From a virus: 64,000 nt of DNA. A program made the position numbers and the translations under genes. The stretch spans positions 9,040 through 73,039 of IMG/VR virus record IMGVR_UViG_3300021512_000005; one strand, 5' to 3'. Below, one piece after another: positions 9,947 through 20,278 of the stretch; positions within the stretch are counted from its first letter, which is position 1; every line of letters starts with the position of its first letter. The notes under the pieces are model-generated. The model searched no databases and was not told the DNA's origin. It saw nothing but the letters and a program-made list of their open reading frames with translations.

Positions 9947-10867
9947 TTAATACACCTTTAAATTATCAAAATATGTATCGTTTAAAGATATACATCCCAA
10001 ATATAAATTATTAGATTCAGTTAAATCTGTATCTGTGACAGTTCCTCTTGACGTTCCTTCAAGGAATATTTCAAAATTTCCATTGATATCTCTTGTAACT
10101 GCCATGTTTTCCCATGTACTATCTAATCCTAAAACATCATTATCAATTAAAGTAGTTGTTGATCCTGATATACATTTTTGAAAATCAAATCCAATTTTAT
10201 CTATTCTATTATATAATAAATAATAATTATTTGCATCTTTATACATATTATACATTAATGCTCCTCTAAAATTACTTGTACCAGTTACATAATAATCGAC
10301 TTCCCATGTTCCTACTGTAATAGTTGATGAACAACATTCCCGTTGATTATCATTAGTTAGTTTAAAATTTCCATCAGATACTAAACCACCCGACCATTCA
10401 GGTCTAAAATTTTGAAATATTTTATCAAATGATGTTGGAAGTGTTGCAGCATTATCTCTTGATGTAATTTTATTATCATTCCAATCATCTGCTAAATAAC
10501 CTCTTCTTCCGCCAGTACCAATTTTAGAAGGATTTGACATTTCATCTAAAATTTCTTGTCCTTTTTGAATTGTAAGATTTGTATTATCAAGAATTGATTG
10601 TAATTTAGATTCTGTTAAATTACTATTATCAAAGATTGATGCTCCTTTTGCTGATGTTAGATTACTATTATTAAAAATCGATGCTCCTTTTGCTGATGTT
10701 AAATTACTATTATCAATAATTGATGCTGAAAATATTATACTTAAATTATCATTAATTAAAATTGCTGTATCTGTAATTGATAAAAAATTATTTATATCTG
10801 TTACTGCAAGTGTAGATCCTCGATTTGCTCTTACACCACGTAAATAAGTCATTAAATAATCCTCCAA
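9947..10867 (-). CDS. Virion protein with 14-aa repeats and C-terminal concanavalin/LamG-like beta-sandwich
   Basis: Repeats (I/F)(D/N)NSNLTSAKGAS; 'WENMAVTRD', 'YFDNLKVY' ConA-like ending. Confidence 0.5.
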   Translation of the reverse strand: MEDYLMTYLRGVRANRGSTLAVTDINNFLSITDTAILINDNLSIIFSASIIDNSNLTSAKGASIFNNSNLTSAKGASIFDNSNLTESKLQSILDNTNLTIQKGQEILDEMSNPSKIGTGGRRGYLADDWNDNKITSRDNAATLPTSFDKIFQNFRPEWSGGLVSDGNFKLTNDNQRECCSSTITVGTWEVDYYVTGTSNFRGALMYNMYKDANNYYLLYNRIDKIGFDFQKCISGSTTTLIDNDVLGLDSTWENMAVTRDINGNFEIFLEGTSRGTVTDTDLTESNNLYLGCISLNDTYFDNLKVY

Positions 10868-11466
10868 TTTAAATTATCTGATTGTATAGTATATGAATCA
10901 TGTTGACCAGATATAATAAGAGTTGTTTCTAAATCAATTGTTTCAGTACTATTTGGATCAATAGTTATATCATTTGTTGATGAATCAATTTTTTTAATAA
11001 CATATTTTTTACCAGAAATACCTACTGCTGTTGGTAAATTAATTGTAATTGGTCCATCAATAGCATTACATAATATAGTATCATCATCTAATGTTGTAGT
11101 ATAAGGTGAATCATTTGTTGTTTTTGTTATAACAGAATCATTTTTACTAAGTTCTGAAATAATTCCAGCAGTAATAAGCATTGCTACCTGTTCACCTTGA
11201 GAATGTTCCATATCTGAAGTGTTTTCTTGAGCACGTACAATTGTTAAAGTATCATTAGATCTATTAGTACATTTTACAATTTCCATTCCCGGGTCATTAC
11301 CCGGATCAGGATATGTATTACTATCCCAAATTGTGAGTATAAATGGAAATGTTGATGGGAAATTTGAACCTTCACCTGTTGGAACATGTAAAGTAGTTGC
11401 TGATTGCACAAGTGGATCATCTGCAACAGTACTTTCTACATTATTTTTTACTACAAATTTTGTCAT
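10852..11466 (-). CDS. Fiber/decoration-type structural protein
   Basis: 'EIVKCTNRSNDTLTIVRAQE' and 'ITINLPTA...KKIDSS...ITIDP...ETID' motifs common in phage fiber proteins. Confidence 0.55.
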   Translation of the reverse strand: MTKFVVKNNVESTVADDPLVQSATTLHVPTGEGSNFPSTFPFILTIWDSNTYPDPGNDPGMEIVKCTNRSNDTLTIVRAQENTSDMEHSQGEQVAMLITAGIISELSKNDSVITKTTNDSPYTTTLDDDTILCNAIDGPITINLPTAVGISGKKYVIKKIDSSTNDITIDPNSTETIDLETTLIISGQHDSYTIQSDNLNWRII

Positions 11467-11858
11467 GGTACTAATTCGTATATAATTTCTTTTTTATTAT
11501 TTTTTATTTTACCTAAAATATATTTAGTTTTTCTACTTATTATTTTTGTTTTTGAAAATTTAATATAATTACGTCTATATATTAAAGGCATTTCATTATT
11601 TTCATATTCAACTGAATATATCTTAGAAATAATACTTGGGTGTGTATAAATTCCTTCCATTGTAAAAATTTTTTGAGATAATTCTAATGGAATAGTAATC
11701 CATGATAATTTTTTTATTCGTTTAATATTTATATTTTTCCAAAGAATTTCTTTCCCAGTATTATAATTAAATTGTGATATACAATCACCATTATCAAATT
11801 CAGCCAACCACATAAAATAAAGGGGATTATAATCCATAATCACCTCAAATTTCATCAT
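11463..11858 (-). CDS. Hypothetical protein
   Basis: Operonic ORF, 'WLAEFDNG...QF'. Confidence 0.5.
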   Translation of the reverse strand: MMKFEVIMDYNPLYFMWLAEFDNGDCISQFNYNTGKEILWKNINIKRIKKLSWITIPLELSQKIFTMEGIYTHPSIISKIYSVEYENNEMPLIYRRNYIKFSKTKIISRKTKYILGKIKNNKKEIIYELVP

Positions 11859-12453
11859 AAATCCATGTTAATGTTTCGTCAGATTGTGTACCTTGAGTTG
11901 CATCAGATGCAATTTTTACTTGTGTTACTATTGCTTTTGAATTTCCAGAACTAGTATAATCAGTTGTATCAACTATTAATGGTGATGAACTTGTATAATT
12001 TGATGCATTTGCTGGTTCCGCTGTTTGATCTTTATAATATCCATGTCCATTTGTTGCATCATCCATATAATCTCCAGTTGTTCCCTGTGTTCCAGTTGCA
12101 ACCTCATAATTTGTTGGCATTGGGGCTCCATTATCACCACTATCTCTTACACCAACAAATAATCCTCCATTAGTACCACATGTCCATCCAATTGTTCCAT
12201 CTGTATACCAACGAATATTATTAACTTTTGTAAATGTTCCTGATATATTAAGATAATGATGTTTCCAATATGAATAATTAGTTCCTGAACTTGGGACTAC
12301 ACAAGGATATGTTGAACCAGGATTATATGAATCTGTAGTACAATATCTTACATCTGTACCATCATTTACTCCTTGTCCATCTACTTGTGTTTCTGTTCCG
12401 GGTGATCCATCTGTACCACCATTTGCTTCTCTTACAACTACTGTTGCTACCAT
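11845..12453 (-). CDS. Virion structural protein (Thr/Gly-rich)
   Basis: 'NYSYWK', C-terminal 'TLTWIYDEI'; strong RBS (GGAG). Confidence 0.5.
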   Translation of the reverse strand: MVATVVVREANGGTDGSPGTETQVDGQGVNDGTDVRYCTTDSYNPGSTYPCVVPSSGTNYSYWKHHYLNISGTFTKVNNIRWYTDGTIGWTCGTNGGLFVGVRDSGDNGAPMPTNYEVATGTQGTTGDYMDDATNGHGYYKDQTAEPANASNYTSSSPLIVDTTDYTSSGNSKAIVTQVKIASDATQGTQSDETLTWIYDEI

Positions 12454-12597
12454 TTTATTTCAACTCCTTTTTAATATCTTTTAAAATTGTTAAAATTTCT
12501 TTTAAAATAATATAATTTGCCATATCTACAGGTCTGGCATGATTTTCAAATTCTTTTAAAATCATTTTATCTTCTTTTTTCATTTTTCTCTCCATTT

Positions 12598-12837
12598 TTA
12601 AAAATATATTGGTATAAGTGCAACCAATATTACAAAAAAACTATAACCAATCACTTTTACCCAATTAAAATTATTTTTTAAAATTGTAATATCATTAGAT
12701 AATCCTTTAAAATCATGATGTAATCCATTAATTTTATTATCCATTGTATCAAATCTTTGATTTATATTATTTTTTTGATCTTCAATCATTTGGATAATTA
12801 TATTAATTTCATTTTCATTCATATAATTCCACTCCAT
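12598..12837 (-). CDS. Coiled-coil protein with C-terminal transmembrane helix (XhlA/holin-like)
   Basis: Heptad pattern followed by a hydrophobic C-terminus. Confidence 0.45.
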   Translation of the reverse strand: MEWNYMNENEINIIIQMIEDQKNNINQRFDTMDNKINGLHHDFKGLSNDITILKNNFNWVKVIGYSFFVILVALIPIYF

Positions 12838-12874
12838 TAAAAATTAAAAAAAAAAATAAGTGAAATTAATCACT

Positions 12875-13306
12875 TTAAGATCTTTGCATTACAAATGTAA
12901 CAACTGCCTTTACAGTTCCTGTTGATCCACCATCTGTAATAATTTCAATTGGTTGACCTGCGGAAACTGTATTTGCTGCTGTTGGAGTTGCCGAATCAAC
13001 ATCTCCTGCACCTGATCCATCATAAGCAATTGTAATTCCACCATCAGTTACAGCAGTACCATCAATTTCAAATGTAATTTCAGCATCAGCACTTGTAATT
13101 GCACCATCAATTACTGTATAAATTTTTTCAATTGTACCAGCATAAGGTGAAACTACCCATGAACTTCCAGCAGTACTTATATCAGCAATTTCACCATGTA
13201 ACACAAATTGATCAAGTTCTGTTGCTGATGATTCTACAGCAGTTCCATTAATTTTTAATGCTTTTACATCTGTATAATGATGATAATTTGTTTTAATTGT
13301 ATCCAT
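12875..13306 (-). CDS. Putative capsid decoration protein
   Basis: Ala/Gly/Thr-rich beta protein downstream of the capsid gene. Confidence 0.5.
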   Translation of the reverse strand: MDTIKTNYHHYTDVKALKINGTAVESSATELDQFVLHGEIADISTAGSSWVVSPYAGTIEKIYTVIDGAITSADAEITFEIDGTAVTDGGITIAYDGSGAGDVDSATPTAANTVSAGQPIEIITDGGSTGTVKAVVTFVMQRS

Positions 13307-13337
13307 TTATATCACCTTATAAAAAATGGGAATAAAT

Positions 13338-13601
13338 TTATTCCCCTACAACTAATAGTGCATAAGTATGATTTGTTGTACCACCTGATGCATCAATTGT
13401 TACTACACAAGATGATTCAGTTGCTGTAACTTGATCTCCAGTATCTTGATCGTATGCATAAATTAGATCAATTGAATCTAAAACTCCAGATAAATCAATA
13501 GTATCATTTGAATCTGCTGTACTTGGTGTTTCGACATAAATCATTTTCTTTCCAAGATATGGAACTGTATTTATAATTGTTGAACCTGTTATTGCTGCCA
13601 T
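13338..13601 (-). CDS. Putative capsid decoration protein
   Basis: Small Thr/Asp-rich protein just downstream of the capsid gene. Confidence 0.45.
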   Translation of the reverse strand: MAAITGSTIINTVPYLGKKMIYVETPSTADSNDTIDLSGVLDSIDLIYAYDQDTGDQVTATESSCVVTIDASGGTTNHTYALLVVGE

Positions 13602-13605
13602 TTTA

Positions 13606-13779
13606 TTATTCCTCCATTATATTTTTTTCATTACCTTTATCTAACATAACCATTGCCACAACTGCTGCTAAATAACCACCTAACACAGTTGTATCAGATG
13701 GATTTAAATAAGCAATTACTGCTGATGATGCTAAAATTCCAACTATACTTCGAACATAAACTTTTGAAAATTCAAACAT
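13606..13779 (-). CDS. Small two-TM membrane protein (holin-like), 57 aa
   Basis: Hand translation MFEFSKVYVRSIVGILASSAVIAYLNPSDTTVLGGYLAAVVAMVMLDKG...; GGAG RBS; not in the ORF track. Confidence 0.45.
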   Translation of the reverse strand: MFEFSKVYVRSIVGILASSAVIAYLNPSDTTVLGGYLAAVVAMVMLDKGNEKNIMEE

Positions 13780-13821
13780 TTTTTTTTATCTCCTAAAAAA
13801 TTTAAATGGGTTTATACCCAT

Positions 13822-14865
13822 TTAATTTATTCCGTAAATCTGACCCATGCCTTCAGGGAACTTATTAACAAATGTTCTATAAGTTTTAAGAAGGAATTTC
13901 TCAGAATCACCAGTTTTTGCAAGTCTTTCAAAAGAAATATCTTGTAGTACACGCTGTTGTACAAAATTTGTATTAATACAGAAAATTCTCTTTTGATCAG
14001 TTGCAGTAGGCATAAACTGGCTGGAAAGGATTGGAATACGACCAACTACTGTCTGAAGACTTGGAACCTGAAGTCCCCAAGCAATAGTTGTTTCAGGATT
14101 AGTATATCTTGCATAATCCATCATTTGGTTAACAAGACTTGTTGCAGTATAAGGATCTGTAATTAAAAGATTTGGAGCACCTTTTGCAACGAAACAATCA
14201 TTTACAAGTTCCTGGACATCAGATAAAGTAACTTCTGCACCACTTAGATCTGTTGTATTTGATGTTAAAATTTTAATTAGACCATCATGCTGATAAGAAT
14301 TTGATGAATTATCACCAACGAGAATTGCCTGTTCAATTGCTTCATTCATTGATTGAGTTTTATTAAGAACTTCACGCTGCATACTGGACTCAAAATGAGC
14401 ACCAGCAATTTGTGCAACTCCTGTAACTCGTCCAATAATACGAAGATAACGAATTGTTTCTGAGGCCTCTTCTCTTGTATCATCAGTTTCTGCAAGTGCA
14501 GGGTCTTCTGCACCCCAAGATGCTGATCCTCTATTAGTAACACGATAATATTGTGCTACTTTACCTTTATTTGTAACCTTTGGAATAAGTCCAATTAAAG
14601 GTGTTAATCTTCTTGTAATATCAATTACATCTTGATCCCATACAATAGGTGTAAATGCATATCCAGCAGCACCACTGGAAGAACCAACATTTACTGCTTT
14701 TTCAAGGGTATCATTTTTTTGTACAAGACGACCATCTCTCATCATCATTTCAAATTTATTCATTGCATCATCATAAACAGAACCATCAGGCATGTCTCCA
14801 AATGATGCTTTATATAGTGATTCACTGTCTATTTCAACAGCTCCACTCCACATTGCGCCTGCCAT
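13822..14865 (-). CDS. Major capsid protein (HK97 fold)
   Basis: 347 aa after protease and scaffold; 'TPLIGLIPK', 'EQAILVGD', 'DGLIK', 'GRIPILSSQFMP', 'LAKTGDSEKF'. Confidence 0.85.
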   Translation of the reverse strand: MAGAMWSGAVEIDSESLYKASFGDMPDGSVYDDAMNKFEMMMRDGRLVQKNDTLEKAVNVGSSSGAAGYAFTPIVWDQDVIDITRRLTPLIGLIPKVTNKGKVAQYYRVTNRGSASWGAEDPALAETDDTREEASETIRYLRIIGRVTGVAQIAGAHFESSMQREVLNKTQSMNEAIEQAILVGDNSSNSYQHDGLIKILTSNTTDLSGAEVTLSDVQELVNDCFVAKGAPNLLITDPYTATSLVNQMMDYARYTNPETTIAWGLQVPSLQTVVGRIPILSSQFMPTATDQKRIFCINTNFVQQRVLQDISFERLAKTGDSEKFLLKTYRTFVNKFPEGMGQIYGIN

Positions 14866-14867
14866 AA

Positions 14868-15365
14868 TTAATTACCTCCAAAATGTGCATGTATAATATT
14901 TCCAAGTGTAGATGTTGTTGTGGTTTCAGTAACCGGGGAAACATCCATATTTGCCTTATATAAAGGACTTGATTTAATTGCTTCTAATTCAGATTCAAGT
15001 TTTTTAACTCTATCTTCTTCTTCATCTACATTTCCTCTTTTTCGTCTCTCTTCCTCTTCTCTCTTTCGTCTCTCTTCCTCTGTCTCTTCAACTGGCTCTA
15101 CTTCATCTTCATTTTTCATTGTAACTTGTTTTTGTGCTGCAAGTTCCTTTGCTTGTGCTGAAACTCTTGCCTCAAGTTCTTCCATTCTCTTTCGCATACT
15201 TTCTGCTTCTTCAAGAAGACGATCATAATCTTCTGCTTTTTCAATTACTTCTTGTTCTTCAATCATTTTTGTTACTGTATTTTCAATATAAGCTGTAAGT
15301 TCAGCTGGTTCAAAACGAACAATATTTTGATCTGTTGGGTCTATTTCCATATAATTTTCCTCCAT
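14868..15365 (-). CDS. Scaffolding protein
   Basis: Glu-rich coiled coil immediately upstream of the capsid gene. Confidence 0.7.
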   Translation of the reverse strand: MEENYMEIDPTDQNIVRFEPAELTAYIENTVTKMIEEQEVIEKAEDYDRLLEEAESMRKRMEELEARVSAQAKELAAQKQVTMKNEDEVEPVEETEEERRKREEEERRKRGNVDEEEDRVKKLESELEAIKSSPLYKANMDVSPVTETTTTSTLGNIIHAHFGGN

Positions 15366-15595
15366 ATATTTTTTTTTAATTTTGCGTGGATATTTTTAAA
15401 ATCCCATGTCCACATCATGGTTTTTAATTGCCTCCACGCATTAGTATCATTGGCATAATAAATTTTAATAAATAATAATTTGATTTTGATTTTCAATTAT
15501 TTTTGTTGTAGTAAATTTAAAATAATCTACATGTTTTGTAAAATCAAAACAAATAATACTTTGATCTATTGAGTCTATTTTCATTTTATTTACCT

Positions 15596-16537
15596 TTATA
15601 ATTCATCTAAATCAATTTCAATTTTAAATGTAATTTTTTCATTTTTAGGATGAATTTTATCTTTTATATTTTTACGATCTATTAATTTTTTATTATTAAA
15701 ATCAAATAATTTATTATTTTCTTTTTTACTTGTTTCTATAAAATAATCTGCATCTTTTTCATCTTCAAAATTTTGAATTGCTTTACCATTTGCATATCTA
15801 ACTTGCCATATTTTATTTGATTTTGTTTCATTTTTTAAAAGTGGACAATTTGGTCCTGAACATGCTTTTTCAATAACTTCAAAAATTCCTTCAGGATTCG
15901 CAGGTAAATCAACAACTGAAATTTCAGAAAGTCTTTTTACAATTACTCGGTTAATATCTTTACCAAGTGAATGATCAAATTGTTTAACACGATCTGCTCT
16001 TCCACCAATACTAAATCCTTTTAATATTCCTTCTTTTATTTTAGTTCTAATTGGTTTAACATCATCAGCATTAGATATTTTTACAACTACAAAAGGACCG
16101 TTTTCAGTAAATTTTGTTTTATATGTATTTCCTTTAGAATTAGTATATTCAGGTATTACTTTACCAATTGCATCAGGATTTCGCACATCTTTTCCATGCA
16201 TATAACGAACAATTGGATTTTGCATATAACGATCCCATTGTGCACGAAGAGAATCCATATCAATACGTTCATAATCATGATCAAGATTTCCAGTTGAAGC
16301 AATTCCTATAATTACAAGATCATTTTCATCATCATCATCAATTTCATCTTCAATTTTTTCTAATTTCATTACATATTCGAAATTAGATTCAATTTTATTC
16401 ATTAACTCTTCTTTTTTCTTTTCAGTTAACATCCGAGCAGTTTCTGTAGAATATCCTTTTTCTTCAAGTTGTGTTTGATAATCTATAGGATCAAAAGATT
16501 CAATTGTCATGGGTTCTCGTTCATCTTTATCTAACAT
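15596..16537 (-). CDS. Prohead maturation protease (HK97-type, S78-like)
   Basis: 'IASTGNLDHDYE', 'RYMH', 'GFSIGG', 'EISVVDLPAN' motifs. Confidence 0.88.
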   Translation of the reverse strand: MLDKDEREPMTIESFDPIDYQTQLEEKGYSTETARMLTEKKKEELMNKIESNFEYVMKLEKIEDEIDDDDENDLVIIGIASTGNLDHDYERIDMDSLRAQWDRYMQNPIVRYMHGKDVRNPDAIGKVIPEYTNSKGNTYKTKFTENGPFVVVKISNADDVKPIRTKIKEGILKGFSIGGRADRVKQFDHSLGKDINRVIVKRLSEISVVDLPANPEGIFEVIEKACSGPNCPLLKNETKSNKIWQVRYANGKAIQNFEDEKDADYFIETSKKENNKLFDFNNKKLIDRKNIKDKIHPKNEKITFKIEIDLDEL

Positions 16538-16565
16538 TTTTTAACTCCTCAATATATAATTATTA

Positions 16566-16679
16566 TTAATTAAGATTTTTAAATTTCTTTAAAAATTTTA
16601 TTTTTTTTAAATTTTGTTTAAATTTTGGACCAATATATTTTCTACCATTCGTATCATCAAATATTACTTTTACTACCAT
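16566..16679 (-). CDS. Micro-ORF (37 aa) coupled to the upstream ART-like gene
   Basis: TAATG overlap; MVVKVIFDDTNGRKYIGPKFKQNLKKIKFLKKFKNLN*. Confidence 0.4.
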   Translation of the reverse strand: MVVKVIFDDTNGRKYIGPKFKQNLKKIKFLKKFKNLN

Positions 16680-18076
16680 TATTCTAACCTCTTTCTAAAT
16701 TCTGCTGCTGTTATTTTACCTTCAGATGTATCAAGTATAATATCTTCAAGATTAAATTTCATAATTTTATTTGGAAGTAATGTTACTTCTTGTTCAGGAA
16801 ACCCAGAACCAGAAACAGCATAATGCATTACAACATTATTGAGATATTCTTTTTTTGGAATTTTATATTTAATACTTTTTACTTTAATTCCTTTTATTGT
16901 TATAAATCCTTCCATTTTTTCACTAAAAACATCAGCCACATGTTCACTTTCACTCCAACATGACATGTGTCCAATTGAATCAATATCTATTGTTTTTGCT
17001 TCTAATGGTAAATTAATAATTGCATTTATAAAACTTTCTCGTGCTGAATATTTTGTTTCACCTCTATAAATATACTCATTACCATTTTTTTCTGCATATT
17101 CTTTTGCACCAGTTATTAAAAGATCTAATGCATTTTTATTTATATCTTTTAATTCAAGTTCATTATTCATATATTTTTTTATTAATGCACCAACTTTATT
17201 CATCCCAAGTCCATATTCATTATACCACAAGTCAGTAATATTTTGTGCTCTTTCAATTAAATAACTTTCTTCACGAGGTATTTCATCTTCTATTTTTGAA
17301 AAAATTGTTTTTGGTTTATTTTCTATTAATTCATTAGGTTTTTGTACTTCTTTTTTTATACGTTCTAATAATAAATTTTTATTTGATTCTATAGTAGCAG
17401 TTGAATGACAAAATGCTTTTATAAGATTATCAGGATAAAAATTTGTTACTATTTTTATTTTTTCACCAGCATTACTTTCTTTTACAGATGGTGATTTACC
17501 AGAAAACATACAAGGATCATCAAGAGATATAAAATAATCTCCAATAAACATTTTATTATCTTTAAAATTTACTAAAATTTCTTTATTATTAATTTTAATT
17601 TGTAAATCACCATTATCTAAATCTTTTGTTTCAACATGTGAACGTTTTAATTCATTTTTAATTGATTTTTTCACATATTCTTCATATTTTTCTTTAGAAA
17701 TATAAGTTAATGGTAAAAAATTTTTTTCAATATATTTATATGCATTTATTTCTTCTTCTGTTTTTAAAATTTTTCCACTTTGTATTTTTTTTATAAAATC
17801 TAAAAGACCTTGTTCTATATTAAGACCTTCTTTTGTTACAAATTTTGAAAAATTTTTTGATTCTGTTGTTGGAATATTTGGAAATGCTGCATTAGCAAAT
17901 ATAAAAATATCATTTTTTGAAATTTTCATAATTTTTGATTTATTAACAAAAAGTTCATCATCATGACCAACTTCTGCTTCACGCCAATATGCCTTATGTT
18001 TTGGTGAAGCAGGTACATAAATTTTTTTACGACTTTTTGCTTTTGCAAGATTTAATAATGATATTTCTATTTTCAT
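16679..18076 (-). CDS. Leader-family protein with C-terminal ADP-ribosyltransferase-like domain
   Basis: Leader MKIEISLLNLAK; R-S-E-type motifs YIYRGE, MSCWS, EQEV. Confidence 0.6.
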   Translation of the reverse strand: MKIEISLLNLAKAKSRKKIYVPASPKHKAYWREAEVGHDDELFVNKSKIMKISKNDIFIFANAAFPNIPTTESKNFSKFVTKEGLNIEQGLLDFIKKIQSGKILKTEEEINAYKYIEKNFLPLTYISKEKYEEYVKKSIKNELKRSHVETKDLDNGDLQIKINNKEILVNFKDNKMFIGDYFISLDDPCMFSGKSPSVKESNAGEKIKIVTNFYPDNLIKAFCHSTATIESNKNLLLERIKKEVQKPNELIENKPKTIFSKIEDEIPREESYLIERAQNITDLWYNEYGLGMNKVGALIKKYMNNELELKDINKNALDLLITGAKEYAEKNGNEYIYRGETKYSARESFINAIINLPLEAKTIDIDSIGHMSCWSESEHVADVFSEKMEGFITIKGIKVKSIKYKIPKKEYLNNVVMHYAVSGSGFPEQEVTLLPNKIMKFNLEDIILDTSEGKITAAEFRKRLE

Positions 18077-18089
18077 TTTCTATCTCCAT

Positions 18090-18248
18090 TTAAATTTCAC
18101 TTGTTCTATAATAACCTCTATTAAATTTTTTAATAACTTCATCTTTATTCAGTTTTAAATCTTTAAATATTCCATTAAAATTTCCATTATTCCATCTATC
18201 AATTTCAATTGCTTTTTTAGGTGTAAGTCTATATATTATTATTGTCAT
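18090..18248 (-). CDS. Small ORF (52 aa) downstream of the kinase gene
   Basis: GGAGG RBS; MTIIIYRLTPKKAIEIDRWNNGNF...RGYYRTSEI*. Confidence 0.45.
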   Translation of the reverse strand: MTIIIYRLTPKKAIEIDRWNNGNFNGIFKDLKLNKDEVIKKFNRGYYRTSEI

Positions 18249-18269
18249 TTATATTACCTCCTATAAATT

Positions 18270-19127
18270 TTATTTAATTGTTTTCATAAATTCAATATTA
18301 TTTATAATATTTAATATTATTGATAAATCTAAATCTTTAGAATGTAATAATTTAGAAATTTTATCTTCATTATCAATAACTTCTTTTATATTTTTAAGTA
18401 TATATTTTCTAAATTCTAAAAAATCATTTTTATCTAAATTTTTTTTAAGCCATACTATCATTGGATTATAATCAGATTCAGATGATAATCCACACATTGA
18501 ATCTAAAACTTTTATAAATTCTTTAGCAGTATCAGGATTTCCAAAATCTTCATTATCAATTGCCCAACATTTATTATTTTTATCAATAATAACATTTGCA
18601 TCATGACGATCATAATTACCAGTAATCATATCTAATACAAATATTTTTGATAAATCATCAAAATGATTTTTATTTATTTTAATATAATTATCTTTATCAT
18701 CATATCCAGAATAAGGTTCTACACCATCAATCATTTTTTGACAAGAACCATTACCTTTTCCAAAATCATTTTCAACAGTTTCAGGTACAATATTCCAATT
18801 TAATTTTTTTGAAATATCATAAGTAGTTACTTCACCTATAATTTCTTTCTTTTTCATTGTTTTATATATTGCATTAAAATTATTTTTAAATTTAATTATA
18901 TATGTTTCTTTTTTATGAGTTACGCCAGAAATTCCTAATTCACTTGATGTTAAAATTTTTTCCACATTTTTAGGAATCATTAAAAATTTTTTTTCTTCTT
19001 CATTTTTAGGTATATCTTTAATATTTCTTTTATGAGGTTTATGTATAAATCCTTTCTTATCAATAAATCCTTTTACATTTATTTCTTTTTTATTTAAATT
19101 TAAAAGGTTTAATTCAATTATTGTCAT
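18270..19127 (-). CDS. Leader-family PI3/PI4-kinase-like (HipA/CtkA-like) kinase
   Basis: AIYK, GEV..Y, VPET, GSCQ, DMITGNYDRHDAN, AIDNE motifs; leader IIELNLLNLNK. Confidence 0.75.
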   Translation of the reverse strand: MTIIELNLLNLNKKEINVKGFIDKKGFIHKPHKRNIKDIPKNEEEKKFLMIPKNVEKILTSSELGISGVTHKKETYIIKFKNNFNAIYKTMKKKEIIGEVTTYDISKKLNWNIVPETVENDFGKGNGSCQKMIDGVEPYSGYDDKDNYIKINKNHFDDLSKIFVLDMITGNYDRHDANVIIDKNNKCWAIDNEDFGNPDTAKEFIKVLDSMCGLSSESDYNPMIVWLKKNLDKNDFLEFRKYILKNIKEVIDNEDKISKLLHSKDLDLSIILNIINNIEFMKTIK

Positions 19128-20278
19128 TTTATTCTCTCCATAAATTCAAGATTATTTTTTATATTTGATATTACATCTTTTATTGGTCGAATATCAATAG
19201 TAATTGTTGAATCATTAATATATTTATTATAATAATTTAAAATTTCTTCTTTTTTATTTAAAACTTCCTTTATATTTTTAAGTACATATTTTCTAAATTC
19301 TAAAAAATCATTTCTATCTAAATTTTTATTAAGCCATAATACCATAGAATTATAATTAAATTCAGATGATAATCCACACACTGAATCTAAAGCACTTATG
19401 AATTTTTCAGGGGCTCTTGGTGTACCAATAAATTCATTATCAATTGCCCAACATTTATTTATATCATCAATAATAACATTGGCTTCATGTCGATCGGGAT
19501 TTCCTAAAAACATATCTAATACAAATATTTTTGCCAAATCATCAAAATGTTTTCTATAAATTCTTGTATTATTACCATCATATCCTGCATAAGGTTCTAC
19601 ACCATCTATCATTTTTTGACAAGAACCATTACCTTTTCCAAAGTTTCCTTCAATAGTTTCAGGTACAATATCCCAATTTAAAATTTTTTTTGAAATATTA
19701 TATGTTGATGTTTCACCAATAATTTCACCTTTATTCATTACTTTATATATTGCTGTTGAACCATCTTTAAATTTTATAATATGTGAATCTGCATCATGAA
19801 TACCGCCCACAATTCCAAAATCATTTAAACTAATTACTTCTTTTACATTATATGGCATCATTGATGTATATTCTTTTTTAGGTATATCTTTAATATTTCG
19901 TTTATGTGGTTTATGATAGAATCCTTTTTTATCTCTAAAACCTTTAACATTTATTTCTCTTTTATTTAAATCTTGTAAATTTAATTCTATTTTTTCTATT
20001 TTATCACCTATAAATGATTCTGAATATTTATACCCTAATGGAATTATATAAGCTATTCTTTGAATTTGAATTAACATATTATTTTTATAATCTGAAAATT
20101 TTATAAATCCTAAATGAGTATAACCAAAAGGAAATTTTAAAAGATAAATTAAATCTTTTTCGGCATTTGAACTCGAAGTCCAATGGATATTTTGACAATT
20201 TTCTGAATTTATACCTTTACCATCAATTCGAATCCATTTATCATCATTTTTATAAATTGAGTAAAAATTTTTATCCAT
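19124..20278 (-). CDS. Leader-family PI3/PI4-kinase-like kinase with extra N-terminal ~90-aa domain
   Basis: Paralog of 18270..19127 (DMFLGNPDRHEAN, AIDNE); internal leader KIELNLQDLNK. Confidence 0.75.
   Translation of the reverse strand: MDKNFYSIYKNDDKWIRIDGKGINSENCQNIHWTSSSNAEKDLIYLLKFPFGYTHLGFIKFSDYKNNMLIQIQRIAYIIPLGYKYSESFIGDKIEKIELNLQDLNKREINVKGFRDKKGFYHKPHKRNIKDIPKKEYTSMMPYNVKEVISLNDFGIVGGIHDADSHIIKFKDGSTAIYKVMNKGEIIGETSTYNISKKILNWDIVPETIEGNFGKGNGSCQKMIDGVEPYAGYDGNNTRIYRKHFDDLAKIFVLDMFLGNPDRHEANVIIDDINKCWAIDNEFIGTPRAPEKFISALDSVCGLSSEFNYNSMVLWLNKNLDRNDFLEFRKYVLKNIKEVLNKKEEILNYYNKYINDSTITIDIRPIKDVISNIKNNLEFMERIK

Noticed and set aside
15366-15590. Gene between protease and scaffold
   Set aside because: Only short broken frames; possibly a decayed remnant, but not supportable.
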